Virus record (IMG/VR): IMGVR_UViG_3300034190_002401
Location: 1 to 64,000 of that record
Length of the DNA stretch: 64,000 bases
Reading direction: 5' to 3' (one strand)
Origin: a virus
This document shows, piece after piece, positions 48,689 to 58,829 of this stretch (position 1 is its first letter; each line of letters starts with the position of its first letter). The notes beneath the pieces were generated by a model. That model ran no database searches and had not been told where the DNA came from. It saw nothing but the letters and a program-made list of their open reading frames with translations. Made by a program: the position numbers and the translations under genes.

Positions 48689-48710
48689 GGCTTTCCCATT
48701 TAAAGGAACA
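48689..48710 (+). promoter_or_regulatory. Early promoter copy 2
   Basis: GGCTTTCCCATTTAAAGGAACA; TTTAAA 26 nt before ATG 48725. Confidence 0.85.
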
Positions 48711-48724
48711 TAATAGTAGCAGCG

Positions 48725-49012
48725 ATGCCGATGGTAATCAGTGTAAACAAAAACGAAAGAAGCCCTGCTAACGAATGCCGATATCCCAACACGATTGTTG
48801 TAAGACCGAGGTCTGACTTCCGTATGTTGGGAAGTGGAATCTCAGTGTCGAGTTCCAAAACATACACAGCAATTGACGCTGTCAATCAGCCAGACTGGAA
48901 GACCAGAGGTTTGGTCTTCATCTTAGATGCCGAAGGAGATACAACTAACTTGGGTTTCCTGATTGACAAACACGACTATGTTGTGGTCGATGATGATGAG
49001 GTGGTTCAATGA
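48725..49012 (+). CDS. Hypothetical protein
   Basis: Behind promoter; ATGA overlap with the next gene. Confidence 0.7.
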   Translation: MPMVISVNKNERSPANECRYPNTIVVRPRSDFRMLGSGISVSSSKTYTAIDAVNQPDWKTRGLVFILDAEGDTTNLGFLIDKHDYVVVDDDEVVQ

Positions 49013-49914
49013 GTATTGAACACACGAGACTTCTGACAACCTCCCGTAAGAGATGGGTTGGACTGGAGTACTCCACTCTAGTGGACAAGATGAAGTGGGT
49101 TGATGTCCCAACACACATAGGTGAATGGCTGGAAGCCATTGGTGGGACTTGGGACTTGGGTTGGACTATGCCGAAGGGCTTGACCAGTTTCATGGCTGAC
49201 AAAGACATGTCCGTGTCCCAACTTGATACTGTGTTGAAGTGGTTCGTTGACCACAGTGGTCACTGCTTCACGTATTACTGCCGGAACGAACATCCGTTTG
49301 GTAGGAGATACAGAATGTCGAAGAAGCCATTTACACACAAGTCTCACAACTACTCTGCAAAGGGATTGGCTGGAACCATCCAAGACAACCAGTTCTATGT
49401 GAACACAAGTGTGTTCGGTGATGGTGCTATCACCATGGACAATGCAACACTCAAGGATTGGTACAACCAAGTGTTGGTTGATTTGCCCAAGGCGAGGTTG
49501 CAAATGTTGTTAGCAAACGACAACGAGAAAGTTGAGCAAGTGACAAGCAACTATGCAGACCTTGCGGTCTACGACTCGAAACTGAGCAAGAGACTGGCGG
49601 AGTTAGACATACACAAGTTGCTGAAGGTGACCATTGAGAGCCACTTCGACAACATGCTCCACGAGAGTTGGGACATGCATCCGTTGGCTAAGGCCGATGA
49701 CTTCGTGGCGACACTCAAGAGTGACTACTTGATTGACACACAGAGCATGTCCTTCGATGAGCAGATTGAGAAGGTCAAGGCTGCCAACACACAGGTGAAG
49801 CAACTCGGAGCGAGCGTGTTCAGCAACATACTTGCGATTGAGTCAGCCAAGGAACAGGCACTGGCTAGCATAGCCAGTCTAGCAACTACAACACAGGAGA
49901 GTGAAGAGGAATGA
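49009..49914 (+). CDS. Hypothetical protein
   Basis: 301-aa coupled ORF. Confidence 0.75.
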   Translation: MSIEHTRLLTTSRKRWVGLEYSTLVDKMKWVDVPTHIGEWLEAIGGTWDLGWTMPKGLTSFMADKDMSVSQLDTVLKWFVDHSGHCFTYYCRNEHPFGRRYRMSKKPFTHKSHNYSAKGLAGTIQDNQFYVNTSVFGDGAITMDNATLKDWYNQVLVDLPKARLQMLLANDNEKVEQVTSNYADLAVYDSKLSKRLAELDIHKLLKVTIESHFDNMLHESWDMHPLAKADDFVATLKSDYLIDTQSMSFDEQIEKVKAANTQVKQLGASVFSNILAIESAKEQALASIASLATTTQESEEE

Positions 49915-52274
49915 GCATTGAGAAGATGATGAATATGGAAAAGAACACACAGGTGATTGAGATGAACGACGAACACAAGACATACACAGACGAAGACACG
50001 TGGAACACACACAGGTTGAAACTGGTGAAGTCACAGAAGGCTATCGCCTTAGACCACTACCGGGACTTCGGCAAGTCTTACGCAGGCTACCGTGTTCCCA
50101 AGACGCTCTACGTGTTGGTTGACGACGACCCTTGGGAGGTTGTCAAGTGGTGTGAGTCTACCATATCAGTGGACACTGATATCTTCGTGAGGACTTGCCC
50201 TCTCAATCCAAGGCACGGCGTGTTGGAAAGCACGAGGTGTGCCAACCACAAGAATGCCATAGTCAAGACGATTCAACACCTACAGGCAGTCATGTTGGAA
50301 CACGACCCTGAGGGTTGCTTGATTGTTCAGCCTTACCAACCTGCGATTGCCTCGTGTGTCCTTGCTCCGAACATGTATGTTGTATTCGGTGAGGGTCACG
50401 ACGGAGTGACTGCCGGAACTAACTACTCTGACGCAGGTACATCTCTGATGTTCCCGCTATCAGAGAAAGACCGTGTGTTTGAGGGAGCACTCGTCAAGAT
50501 GAGCCTTGGAAGTGGACACATATACAATACCGACAAGCATGAGATTGAGATGGTCTTCAACGATGAGGAGCATTACAACAGACAGTGGGGTGACGATTAC
50601 ATCAATTCGGTCAAGGCAATACTCACACAGATACGTGGGTGTGACGAACACATACAGGTTGGGACACCACCGGAAGGAGTCAGCATCAACGGCTCTATCC
50701 CCTCTGGGGATGTAGTGGTGACTGAGACTGTGGTCATGACTGGACTTGAACAAGTCCAGTGGCTTGAGGAGAACATCACGAAGGAACTTTGTCCTGATGG
50801 CTTCGTTGTCGTTGAGCCTAACGGCTCTCTGTTGAGTCACATCAACGCACACTGCCGAACACATGGCATCCCGTATGTCATAACAGACGAGGTGTGTGTT
50901 GGAGACACATGGACTGAGGTTGCTTCGGGATGGGTCATTCAGAACAATGACGGTGACTTCGTTGCCAATCCATACAACCCTTGGCAACACGTCAGTGCGT
51001 TCAGGGATGGGGTGACATACGGCAATGCACATTGGAACAGGAAGCAGTCAGCATTGTCTACGTTCTTCCATCAGTGGATGGGTCAGCCTTGCAACGACCC
51101 ACAACTCAGTGCGTTCCTTGGTGGTGTGTTCTGTGCATGGATTGTCAAAGCCACAATCGGTGCGACTGTTGGAGAGATGAGACACGCTAGGTCTCAGAAG
51201 AAGAACTACCGAGTCACCATACCACTGGCCACCAACTCGTTCATGGGTGTTGAACCCATGGATGATTGGGACATGGACAGTGGGATTGGGATACCTAACA
51301 GTCGAACACCATACCACCGATGGATGAGAGACACCATCGTGGATTGGGAACAGGCATCGCACCTTCTGACATACATGCATGACGAATACAAGACCGGTTG
51401 GTCATCAGCCTACGGTGGGCCGAAGTGGGGAGACGGAGCGGAGAAAGGTGCTCGTGTTGCAACACTCATACACCAACTCGTGAGTGCATCAGATGACGTG
51501 TTGGAAGACGTGGGCAAGGAACTGGTCGAAGCAGTCAACGCCTTGGAGAATGCACAGCACAACAACGGTGGTCTACTGAACAAGTTCGGTGGTGATACCA
51601 TGACTCACTTCAATGCTGGAACACATGGCTACGCAGAGAGTGAGATGAGGCATGCTCTTCACTCATACATGATTGCGATGGACATCGTGAACGACCGTGT
51701 TGAGACAAACGCACGGGAATGCAACATACTATGGGGAGATGTCGTTGCCTTCCTCGGCAAGAGTCCTTCGTACTTCAGGAACAACCCTGTGTTCAAACAC
51801 ACGGATGCACCCAAGGATGTTCAGGTTGTCCTTGACAAGTGGAACGAGACCGGAGACCTAACACACATGTTCCACGGCGACTCAAACCACCAGTACAACA
51901 AGACTGGCCACGAGTCTTACATCCCTACGGGACACAGTTGTGATGGTTCAGACACACATCACTTCAACAAGGTGAGCATGCAGGCCAACAAGTCCGTGCC
52001 TTCCAACACATACGACGTGTTCCTGCTTGGGAAGCAACAGACGCAGGTTATCAAGGTCGAGTCAGATGTGGTCAAGAGTGTGAAGAAATTACAGGCACTG
52101 GTCGGCAACGACTGGAATCTATCGAACTTGATAGCACAAGTCTGTCAACACGTAGAGGATGGAACATGGGAAGAAGTCGAACACTTGTGGGCTACGTATG
52201 TGTATGGACTTGAGACGAGTGAGTTCGTGACATACATGAACGCATTGAAACTAGCACAGGAGATGAAACAATGA
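49911..52274 (+). CDS. PEP-synthase/PPDK-like dikinase (ATP-grasp-like, His swivel domain, unknown C-terminal domain)
   Basis: GSLLSHINAHCRTHGIPYV matches the phospho-His motif; FVRTCP, IVQPY and GEGHDGVTAG resemble the PPDK N-domain. Confidence 0.7.
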   Translation: MSIEKMMNMEKNTQVIEMNDEHKTYTDEDTWNTHRLKLVKSQKAIALDHYRDFGKSYAGYRVPKTLYVLVDDDPWEVVKWCESTISVDTDIFVRTCPLNPRHGVLESTRCANHKNAIVKTIQHLQAVMLEHDPEGCLIVQPYQPAIASCVLAPNMYVVFGEGHDGVTAGTNYSDAGTSLMFPLSEKDRVFEGALVKMSLGSGHIYNTDKHEIEMVFNDEEHYNRQWGDDYINSVKAILTQIRGCDEHIQVGTPPEGVSINGSIPSGDVVVTETVVMTGLEQVQWLEENITKELCPDGFVVVEPNGSLLSHINAHCRTHGIPYVITDEVCVGDTWTEVASGWVIQNNDGDFVANPYNPWQHVSAFRDGVTYGNAHWNRKQSALSTFFHQWMGQPCNDPQLSAFLGGVFCAWIVKATIGATVGEMRHARSQKKNYRVTIPLATNSFMGVEPMDDWDMDSGIGIPNSRTPYHRWMRDTIVDWEQASHLLTYMHDEYKTGWSSAYGGPKWGDGAEKGARVATLIHQLVSASDDVLEDVGKELVEAVNALENAQHNNGGLLNKFGGDTMTHFNAGTHGYAESEMRHALHSYMIAMDIVNDRVETNARECNILWGDVVAFLGKSPSYFRNNPVFKHTDAPKDVQVVLDKWNETGDLTHMFHGDSNHQYNKTGHESYIPTGHSCDGSDTHHFNKVSMQANKSVPSNTYDVFLLGKQQTQVIKVESDVVKSVKKLQALVGNDWNLSNLIAQVCQHVEDGTWEEVEHLWATYVYGLETSEFVTYMNALKLAQEMKQ

Positions 52275-53359
52275 AATGGAAGAAGTACCTTACAGGAAAG
52301 AATGGAGATGAGAAGATGAAACAGAGAAAGATATGCAAACACGAGACATGCCAGAATGACGCACCGAAGGTCGGGGACTACTGTGCTACGCACAAGTCCA
52401 AGTCCAAGTCCAAGGGACACACGTATGTATCCAAGAATGGATGTCACACAGGCAACGTGCTTGTGTTCACAACACCTGAGGGTATCAAGGTCTACGGTGG
52501 TGGCTCAAGCCGTCAAGGTGGTTGGTGGTTGATGAACCCACTACCGGATGTTGCAATAGGTCCGAGTGAGATTGTGTCCAAGGGTCACAGGTATCTCAAG
52601 AGTGGTGACCATGACTTCCCCGAAGGTTGGAAGGCATCCAACACACAAGCGTCTGACAACACGACTGCTGTGTTCAGCATCGACTGGCCGGACTACTCCA
52701 TCCCTACGGGGCTGGGTCGTGAGTTCTGGCTCGCACTTGTTGAGGACATCTACACCAAGGGTGTCATGACTGTCTCTTGCCAGTGCATGGGTGGACATGG
52801 TAGAACTGGTGTGCAGTTGGCTATCCTTGCTCACTACCTACTGCCTGAGTCCCAACACTCATGGAGGGATGCAGGTCAGTTGATTGACTGGGTCAGGGAA
52901 CACATGTGTGTCCATGAGGTCGAGGCATCGAGTCAGCAGAAGTACATCGCTGATGTGTGTGGCTTGCCTGTTGGAGACTCACGTGTGTCATCCAGCAAGT
53001 GGGGTGGCTACTCAGGTGGATGGGGCAATCACTATGCGAGTATCAACACGCAGAGCATATACAAACAGGTGAATGATTCCCTTGAGGATGGCGACGACTT
53101 CGATGACTGGGAGTACACTGAAAGTGGTTGGTCAAGGAAGGATGATAGTGAAGAAACAGACGTGCTCGACAGGGTATTTGAGTGTCTGAATTGCGATGCT
53201 CAAGAAGTCATCGGGCCGCACATAGAGCGAGACAGCAACGGTGAGATACCGTGCATCACATGTGGTAGTTCCAACATGATAGATGTGACAGACGTAGGTG
53301 TGGGTAAGGTTGACCTTTCCCATTTAAAGGAACAAGATAAGAAACAGGAGAGTGAATGA
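52271..53359 (+). CDS. Cys-based (PTP/DSP-family) phosphatase with Zn ribbons
   Basis: WPD loop, CMGGHGRTG (CX5R), E..SQ; CLNC..CITC. Confidence 0.85.
   Translation: MKWKKYLTGKNGDEKMKQRKICKHETCQNDAPKVGDYCATHKSKSKSKGHTYVSKNGCHTGNVLVFTTPEGIKVYGGGSSRQGGWWLMNPLPDVAIGPSEIVSKGHRYLKSGDHDFPEGWKASNTQASDNTTAVFSIDWPDYSIPTGLGREFWLALVEDIYTKGVMTVSCQCMGGHGRTGVQLAILAHYLLPESQHSWRDAGQLIDWVREHMCVHEVEASSQQKYIADVCGLPVGDSRVSSSKWGGYSGGWGNHYASINTQSIYKQVNDSLEDGDDFDDWEYTESGWSRKDDSEETDVLDRVFECLNCDAQEVIGPHIERDSNGEIPCITCGSSNMIDVTDVGVGKVDLSHLKEQDKKQESE
53315..53334 (+). promoter_or_regulatory. Early promoter copy 3 (inside CDS 3' end)
   Basis: CTTTCCCATTTAAAGGAACA. Confidence 0.8.
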
Positions 53360-53790
53360 ACATGAATGAACAAACGAATGGAAATGGAATAATGGAAAGA
53401 ATGCAAGTGAGAACGGAATACAGCAGTGAGTATGCGATGCATATTCAGATACTTGGGAGTATCAATGTGAACCGTGAGTATGGATATGCGAACGAGTTGA
53501 GAGCACCACAGGTTGTGATTGACTGGCTACGTGAGCAAGAGCCAATCTTGGAGAGTGCAGCGAGCAAGGGACACAACTACTACATCCGCATGGATGCGGT
53601 TGAGTTCGATGACAACACGCATGCGTTGCTGATACACGGCACGCCTTTGAATCACGAGAAGGGTTGCCTCTTGGGTGTGAACCCCAGTCCCTCAGTGACA
53701 CAGGTGTTTGACTACGCCAAGCAAGGCGAGTGTGTTGTGTCAATGGACAAGGCTGATGCTATGGCATCAATGGTAGGTGAGGAAGAATGA
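53356..53790 (+). CDS. Hypothetical protein
   Basis: Coupled ORF. Confidence 0.7.
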   Translation: MNMNEQTNGNGIMERMQVRTEYSSEYAMHIQILGSINVNREYGYANELRAPQVVIDWLREQEPILESAASKGHNYYIRMDAVEFDDNTHALLIHGTPLNHEKGCLLGVNPSPSVTQVFDYAKQGECVVSMDKADAMASMVGEEE

Positions 53791-54074
53791 TTGACACAGA
53801 CAAATACGAAGGACATACACAGGGTCATTGGGCTATCACTACTCGTAAAGGAACATGGGTAGTCTATACACAGGACAACGGTGATGTTGCTACCATGAAT
53901 GATTACGAAGATGCAAGACTCATAGCAGACGCACCACTTCTCCTTGAGGAAGTCCAGCGGTTGCGTAAGCAATTGAGCGAGGCAGAGGATGTTATCCAAT
54001 ACGCTCTTGACATGACAAGTGATGATGATGCCAAGAATGTGTTTGAGGATTTCTTGGGGGTGAAAGAAGAATGA
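53787..54074 (+). CDS. Common phage 'HTPGPW..ARLIAAAP'-type protein
   Basis: GHTQGHW..DARLIADAPLLL. Confidence 0.7.
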   Translation: MIDTDKYEGHTQGHWAITTRKGTWVVYTQDNGDVATMNDYEDARLIADAPLLLEEVQRLRKQLSEAEDVIQYALDMTSDDDAKNVFEDFLGVKEE

Positions 54075-54616
54075 TTGACACAAACGAGTACAAGTTCTAC
54101 GTGGGAGACCCATGCTACGTGATTGACAGCAGGAGATGGAGCGAGTTCTGTGACAAGTTGTTTGCCCTTGAGGGATTCAAGAAGAACGAGGACTACTATG
54201 GCATAGTCAAGTGGGAAGTGAATGGTCGAACATACGACGTTGAGTGTCACGCATCACCCGGTGGTGATAACACGTGGTACTTCAACGAGAAAGATGATTC
54301 AGGCAACGACATCGAGTTGGGTGTTGACGCAGGCATGTTGGCAATCGTGCCCATGGAGTGCGTGTGTCCTGTACAGGTATCAGGGTACGGTGGTGGCATC
54401 ACTGGTCTAGGTGCGGTGTTCAACACAGTCCCGATTCTGGTGACGTCCAATCACAGTTGTGGTTGGGTCGAACTCAACGGAGTCAAGGACACGCAGTACA
54501 CAGACAACTTGTGTGAGGAGTGTGGTGGCCATGACTTCAACCTTGAGTACTGTGAGTACTACGGTGCTATGGTATGTTGGGGATGCTACGAAGAAGAGGA
54601 GAGTGAGGAAGAATGA
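54071..54616 (+). CDS. Hypothetical phage protein with C-terminal Cys cluster
   Basis: YVGDPCYV..VDAGMLAIVP; CEEC..C..CWGC. Confidence 0.7.
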   Translation: MIDTNEYKFYVGDPCYVIDSRRWSEFCDKLFALEGFKKNEDYYGIVKWEVNGRTYDVECHASPGGDNTWYFNEKDDSGNDIELGVDAGMLAIVPMECVCPVQVSGYGGGITGLGAVFNTVPILVTSNHSCGWVELNGVKDTQYTDNLCEECGGHDFNLEYCEYYGAMVCWGCYEEEESEEE

Positions 54617-55086
54617 CACACAGATACATAGGTCTTGGATACATGAAAATTACAGACAACGTTTTCTGTGCCGATGGTAAGAAGTTCATCGAGGGTGATG
54701 ACACACATCGCATGTTGAACACGGAGCGGATAGACACAGTCGTGTCCCTTGACAGGAGAGCAGGTAAGTGGGTTGAAAACAACTCGCACACAGTGTATGT
54801 CAGTAGGATTGTCAGACACATCGAGAATCCCTACGGGAAGAAGAACTACGTCAAGGACGAGGACTACATTCGTGACACTGCTCAGTTGATACTGACACTG
54901 GCACAAGACGCACCAGTGTTCTTCCACTGCTTGCATGGCAAGGACAGGACGGGCTTCGTCAGGGATGCCATCGAACGCATGCTTGACCCCAAGCGTGTTC
55001 CAACAGGCATGCGTGAGGATGACGAGTTAATCATACGTGTTGAGGATGGAGAGACAATTCACGAGAGGTGGGAACTTGACTCTTAA
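54613..55086 (+). CDS. Second CX5R phosphatase
   Basis: PVFFHCLHGKDRTG. Confidence 0.85.
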   Translation: MTHRYIGLGYMKITDNVFCADGKKFIEGDDTHRMLNTERIDTVVSLDRRAGKWVENNSHTVYVSRIVRHIENPYGKKNYVKDEDYIRDTAQLILTLAQDAPVFFHCLHGKDRTGFVRDAIERMLDPKRVPTGMREDDELIIRVEDGETIHERWELDS

Positions 55087-57163
55087 GGCAGACATGTACA
55101 CAGAGACGTACTACACGAATAACGACACACAGCGTAGGTATCCAAGACAGGCGAAGCGTGTTGCACTGTCCTTCCCATACAACCCTGAGATAAACAATGC
55201 CATGAAGACTGAGTTGAAGTCCCTTGAGGGATTCTACAACGTCAAGTGGAGCAACAACACATGGAGCGTGCGTTTCGACAGGGATGTGTTGCAGGTCACT
55301 GCTTCCATCTTTGAGAGGTTCGGCTACGACAGTTCACCTATCACTGAGCACATAGCATCCGCTCCTTCAAACACGAGTACTGCGAGCAAGTGTTCAGCAT
55401 ACATCGTGGATGGTGCGTTGGCATTGGAGTGGCCTTTCATTAGGGATGAATCCCTGAGGGATGAGGTCAAGGAGATTGTCAAGGGCATTCCTAACAGGAA
55501 GTGGGACAAAGACAACAAGCGTTGGATGATACCGATAAAGCAAGCAGGATTCCTAGTCAAGAGACTGGAGGATGTCTACGAGCCACTGGCCACAGTGGTG
55601 AACGAACTTGAGGATGTTCAGATGTACATCACCAAACATGCGGAGCGTGTTGCAATCAGCAGTGCAGTGGAGTTGTCAAACTCACACACAGTAGATGATA
55701 TGCAGAAGAGGTTGTCTGAACACTTCCACGAAGGCCGTGAGTTGTACCCCTTCCAATACGTGGGTGTTCGCTTCGCTGAACTGGCAGGTGGTAGATGCCT
55801 CATCGGAGACGACATGGGCATAGGCAAGACCATCCAAGCGATAGCATACGCATCCCTTCACAGGGAACTATGGCCTGTGTTGGTGGTCTGTCCCTCTAGC
55901 GTCAAGTACAACTGGGCCAAGGAGATAGACACATGGCTCAAAGACGTGAGTGTCGAGGTGGTCAATGGCTTCAAGGGTGAGATAGCAGATGCTGACTTCA
56001 CTGTGGTCAACTATGACTTGATGGGTAAGAGAGAGGAGCAACTCACGGGCATGGGATTCAACCTATGCGTGTTCGATGAGTCACACTTCCTGAAGAACAA
56101 GACAGCCAAGAGGACACAGGCTTGTCTCAACATAGGGAAGCAGTCACAGAGCGTGCTCTGTCTCAGTGGTACTGCCATAACCAGTCGGCCTGAGGAGTAC
56201 TTCACCACGCTGAACCTACTCAGGCCTGTTGACTTCCCGTCATGGCTCAAGTATGTTCGGAGGTACTGCGATGCGTATCACAACGGGTTCGGTTGGGACA
56301 CACGTGGCTCTTCCAACGAGAAGGAACTACACAATGTGAGTAGAGACTTCGTGCTTCGCAGACTGAAGAAGGAGGTCATGGAGGAACTGCCAGACAAGAT
56401 AAGGCAGGACTTCGCAGTCGAGCCTTCGGCATCTGGGGTCAAGTCCTACCAGACCTTGCAGTCTGGGTGGTTGGATGAGTACAGGCAACACAAGCAGAAC
56501 AACACACTCCCTGCGGGATTCGTGTTGAACATGCTCACGAGTCTGAGACATCACTGTGGGATGCTCAAGGTGCAGTCGGCTTGTGAATGGGTGGCTCAGT
56601 ACCACGAACAGACAGGCAAGCCTGTCATCGTGTACACGCATCACAGGGATGTGTTGAAACGAGTAGTGGACACACTCAACCCTGATTTCCTACGTGTTGC
56701 AGTCATCGAAGGTGGAGTGACAGCACAGAAGAGGCAGTCCATAATAGAGGACTTCCAAGCGGGGAACGTAGACGTGTTGGTTGCTAACATACTGTCGGCC
56801 AACATGGGAATAACACTCACCAAAGCAGACACGGTTGTGTTCGTGGAACGTGAGTGGACTCCTGCCGTAGAGGAACAGGCGGAGGACAGAGTGAATAGGA
56901 TAGGTCAGGATGCGAGTGTTGTTCACGCAGTCTACCTGTCTGTCTCCAACACGATTGACGAGAGGTTCTCTCGCATCGTCTCTCAGAAGAGAGATGTAGT
57001 CAAAGGGATACTGGATGGAGGAGAGAAGGAACAGAGGAAGGCCTTGGCAACAGAGTTGCTCATGGGCATGGTTGATTCAGGTGAGATACCTGCGAGCATG
57101 CTAACCGATTTCATCGGTGGAAAAGGGTCTTCCCCATTTAAAGGAACAACAGAGGAGTGGTGA
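55076..57163 (+). CDS. SNF2-family helicase with two HARP-like domains (SMARCAL1-like)
   Basis: DDMGIGKT, DESH, LSGT, QAEDRVNRIGQ; N-terminal SFPYN.. and KGIPNRKWDKDNKRW; TTG start after GAGGTGG. Confidence 0.9.
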   Translation: MTLKADMYTETYYTNNDTQRRYPRQAKRVALSFPYNPEINNAMKTELKSLEGFYNVKWSNNTWSVRFDRDVLQVTASIFERFGYDSSPITEHIASAPSNTSTASKCSAYIVDGALALEWPFIRDESLRDEVKEIVKGIPNRKWDKDNKRWMIPIKQAGFLVKRLEDVYEPLATVVNELEDVQMYITKHAERVAISSAVELSNSHTVDDMQKRLSEHFHEGRELYPFQYVGVRFAELAGGRCLIGDDMGIGKTIQAIAYASLHRELWPVLVVCPSSVKYNWAKEIDTWLKDVSVEVVNGFKGEIADADFTVVNYDLMGKREEQLTGMGFNLCVFDESHFLKNKTAKRTQACLNIGKQSQSVLCLSGTAITSRPEEYFTTLNLLRPVDFPSWLKYVRRYCDAYHNGFGWDTRGSSNEKELHNVSRDFVLRRLKKEVMEELPDKIRQDFAVEPSASGVKSYQTLQSGWLDEYRQHKQNNTLPAGFVLNMLTSLRHHCGMLKVQSACEWVAQYHEQTGKPVIVYTHHRDVLKRVVDTLNPDFLRVAVIEGGVTAQKRQSIIEDFQAGNVDVLVANILSANMGITLTKADTVVFVEREWTPAVEEQAEDRVNRIGQDASVVHAVYLSVSNTIDERFSRIVSQKRDVVKGILDGGEKEQRKALATELLMGMVDSGEIPASMLTDFIGGKGSSPFKGTTEEW
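57129..57148 (+). promoter_or_regulatory. Early promoter copy 4 (inside helicase 3' end)
   Basis: CTTCCCCATTTAAAGGAACA. Confidence 0.8.
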
Positions 57164-58374
57164 TTGATATGGATATGAACATTGATACAAACGAGATGAC
57201 GAATGACGACGAAAGCCCGAACTGGGATACACACACTATTGCTAGTGGTGCTATGCAAGTTCACGAAGGAGAAGGCTTTGCCTTCTTGACCAAAGGTGGT
57301 AGGACTAAAACAGTCTGTGACTGGGACTTCAAACCCTATGTGTTGCCTGCTGTGATAAACGTTGACCAACATCCTGAGGACTCAGGTGTGGATGACGGAC
57401 TGTACACAGTAACAGATGCATACAACGGTGAGAACAACCTGTTCATTATCATGAACCCCAAGGTCAGGACAGAAAAGCAACCTGTCGGTGCTATACTAGG
57501 TGCTGTCTCCAAGAGATACGCAGGTGTGTCTTACCCAGAAGTGTTTGCTCCATTGGCAATGCACTGCAACGAGAAGGGATGGGACTTCAAGATAACAGCC
57601 TACGACTTCGGCAAGAAAGCACGAATGGACATCAACGTGGTTGCTAACGAGAAGTCAGAACTCACACAGGTTGGAGACTTGTACAAGTATGGTGTGTCTA
57701 TTCACAACAGCCTTGACGGTAGTGGCTCTCTGAAAATCAACGGAGTTGCAGAAAGGCTTGCCTGTACCAACGGTATGGTTGCTACATCCACCAAGAACCT
57801 AGCGAGTTTGAGACACACGAAGAATGGTGTTGGCTCAATTGACTTCGCAAAGTTCAGCAACTCGATTGCGGGTATGATTGAAGACGTGGTGAAGGAACTC
57901 GAACTCGTTGAGTCTATGACTTCCTTCGGGATGGACAACGACCTGTTCGGCAAACTTCTAGTTGCGGCACGAGAGAGAAAGATTCTCTCCCTGCCTCAAG
58001 CAACACCCATGATAAACAAGCAGACCGATACAGTTGTGGACTACTCCATCTCCAGAGGCTACGGTTTCCGTGCGGCACTCATGGGTTGGAACAGACCTGA
58101 GGCTGACTTCGTGAAGGTTGAGGGTGAGGCAATCGGTACGGCATACCATGCTTACAACGTACTCACTGGTGTTCTAACACACAAGCCTACATGGAGTGGT
58201 GCTAACACACTGAGTGGTAAAGGCAACGCTGTCCTTACAGGAAGTGCCCTAGCAATCGGTGCTCTTGACACACGACTACATGCAGTCCACAAACTCATGT
58301 CGGATGTTGTATCCGGTGTTGTGGATTTGAACGAGTACGTCACCCCTATGGAAGCCATGGGGGTGACACTCTGA
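57157..58374 (+). CDS. DUF932-family protein
   Basis: NSLDGSGS..RLACTNGM..RHT. Confidence 0.8.
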   Translation: MVIDMDMNIDTNEMTNDDESPNWDTHTIASGAMQVHEGEGFAFLTKGGRTKTVCDWDFKPYVLPAVINVDQHPEDSGVDDGLYTVTDAYNGENNLFIIMNPKVRTEKQPVGAILGAVSKRYAGVSYPEVFAPLAMHCNEKGWDFKITAYDFGKKARMDINVVANEKSELTQVGDLYKYGVSIHNSLDGSGSLKINGVAERLACTNGMVATSTKNLASLRHTKNGVGSIDFAKFSNSIAGMIEDVVKELELVESMTSFGMDNDLFGKLLVAARERKILSLPQATPMINKQTDTVVDYSISRGYGFRAALMGWNRPEADFVKVEGEAIGTAYHAYNVLTGVLTHKPTWSGANTLSGKGNAVLTGSALAIGALDTRLHAVHKLMSDVVSGVVDLNEYVTPMEAMGVTL

Positions 58375-58400
58375 GCACTGAATACGGCAAGAAGACAGGT

Positions 58401-58829
58401 GTGTTGATTCGCACCAACGGGAAGGTCGAACCAATCAACGTGTACGACCTTGACGACATGCAGAATGCCGTAGGTGGGAACATCGAATACGCATTGACTG
58501 GGGGTGATGACATCACCCTCAACGGTGTCAAGCAGACATGGGACTTGATTGGGAACGAGGAAGGCAGGCTACGTGAACTGCCCCTCAACCCAATCGCTCG
58601 TGAGTTCATCGCAGAGATGTGCAACATGCCCCTTGGGAGTGTGTTGTCAATGCACGGTGACTTCCTGTTGCTAGGCCACGATGATGAGGGTGCTACCACA
58701 GACTGCCCGACACACATCCGTGAGCGAGTCATGCAGATGAGCATGTTCGATGCTCCCTTCGCATCAGTGACCACAGTCGATGCCGATGGGACATACGATG
58801 TGCAACTGTTCGGAGGTGATGAGGAATGA
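58401..58829 (+). CDS. DUF3846-like protein
   Basis: LDDMQNAVGGNIE..NEEGRLRELPLNPIA. Confidence 0.75.
   Translation: MLIRTNGKVEPINVYDLDDMQNAVGGNIEYALTGGDDITLNGVKQTWDLIGNEEGRLRELPLNPIAREFIAEMCNMPLGSVLSMHGDFLLLGHDDEGATTDCPTHIRERVMQMSMFDAPFASVTTVDADGTYDVQLFGGDEE

Noticed and set aside
49911-52274. Annotation as ppsA/ppdK auxiliary metabolic gene
   Set aside because: No recognisable C-terminal PEP/pyruvate-binding barrel
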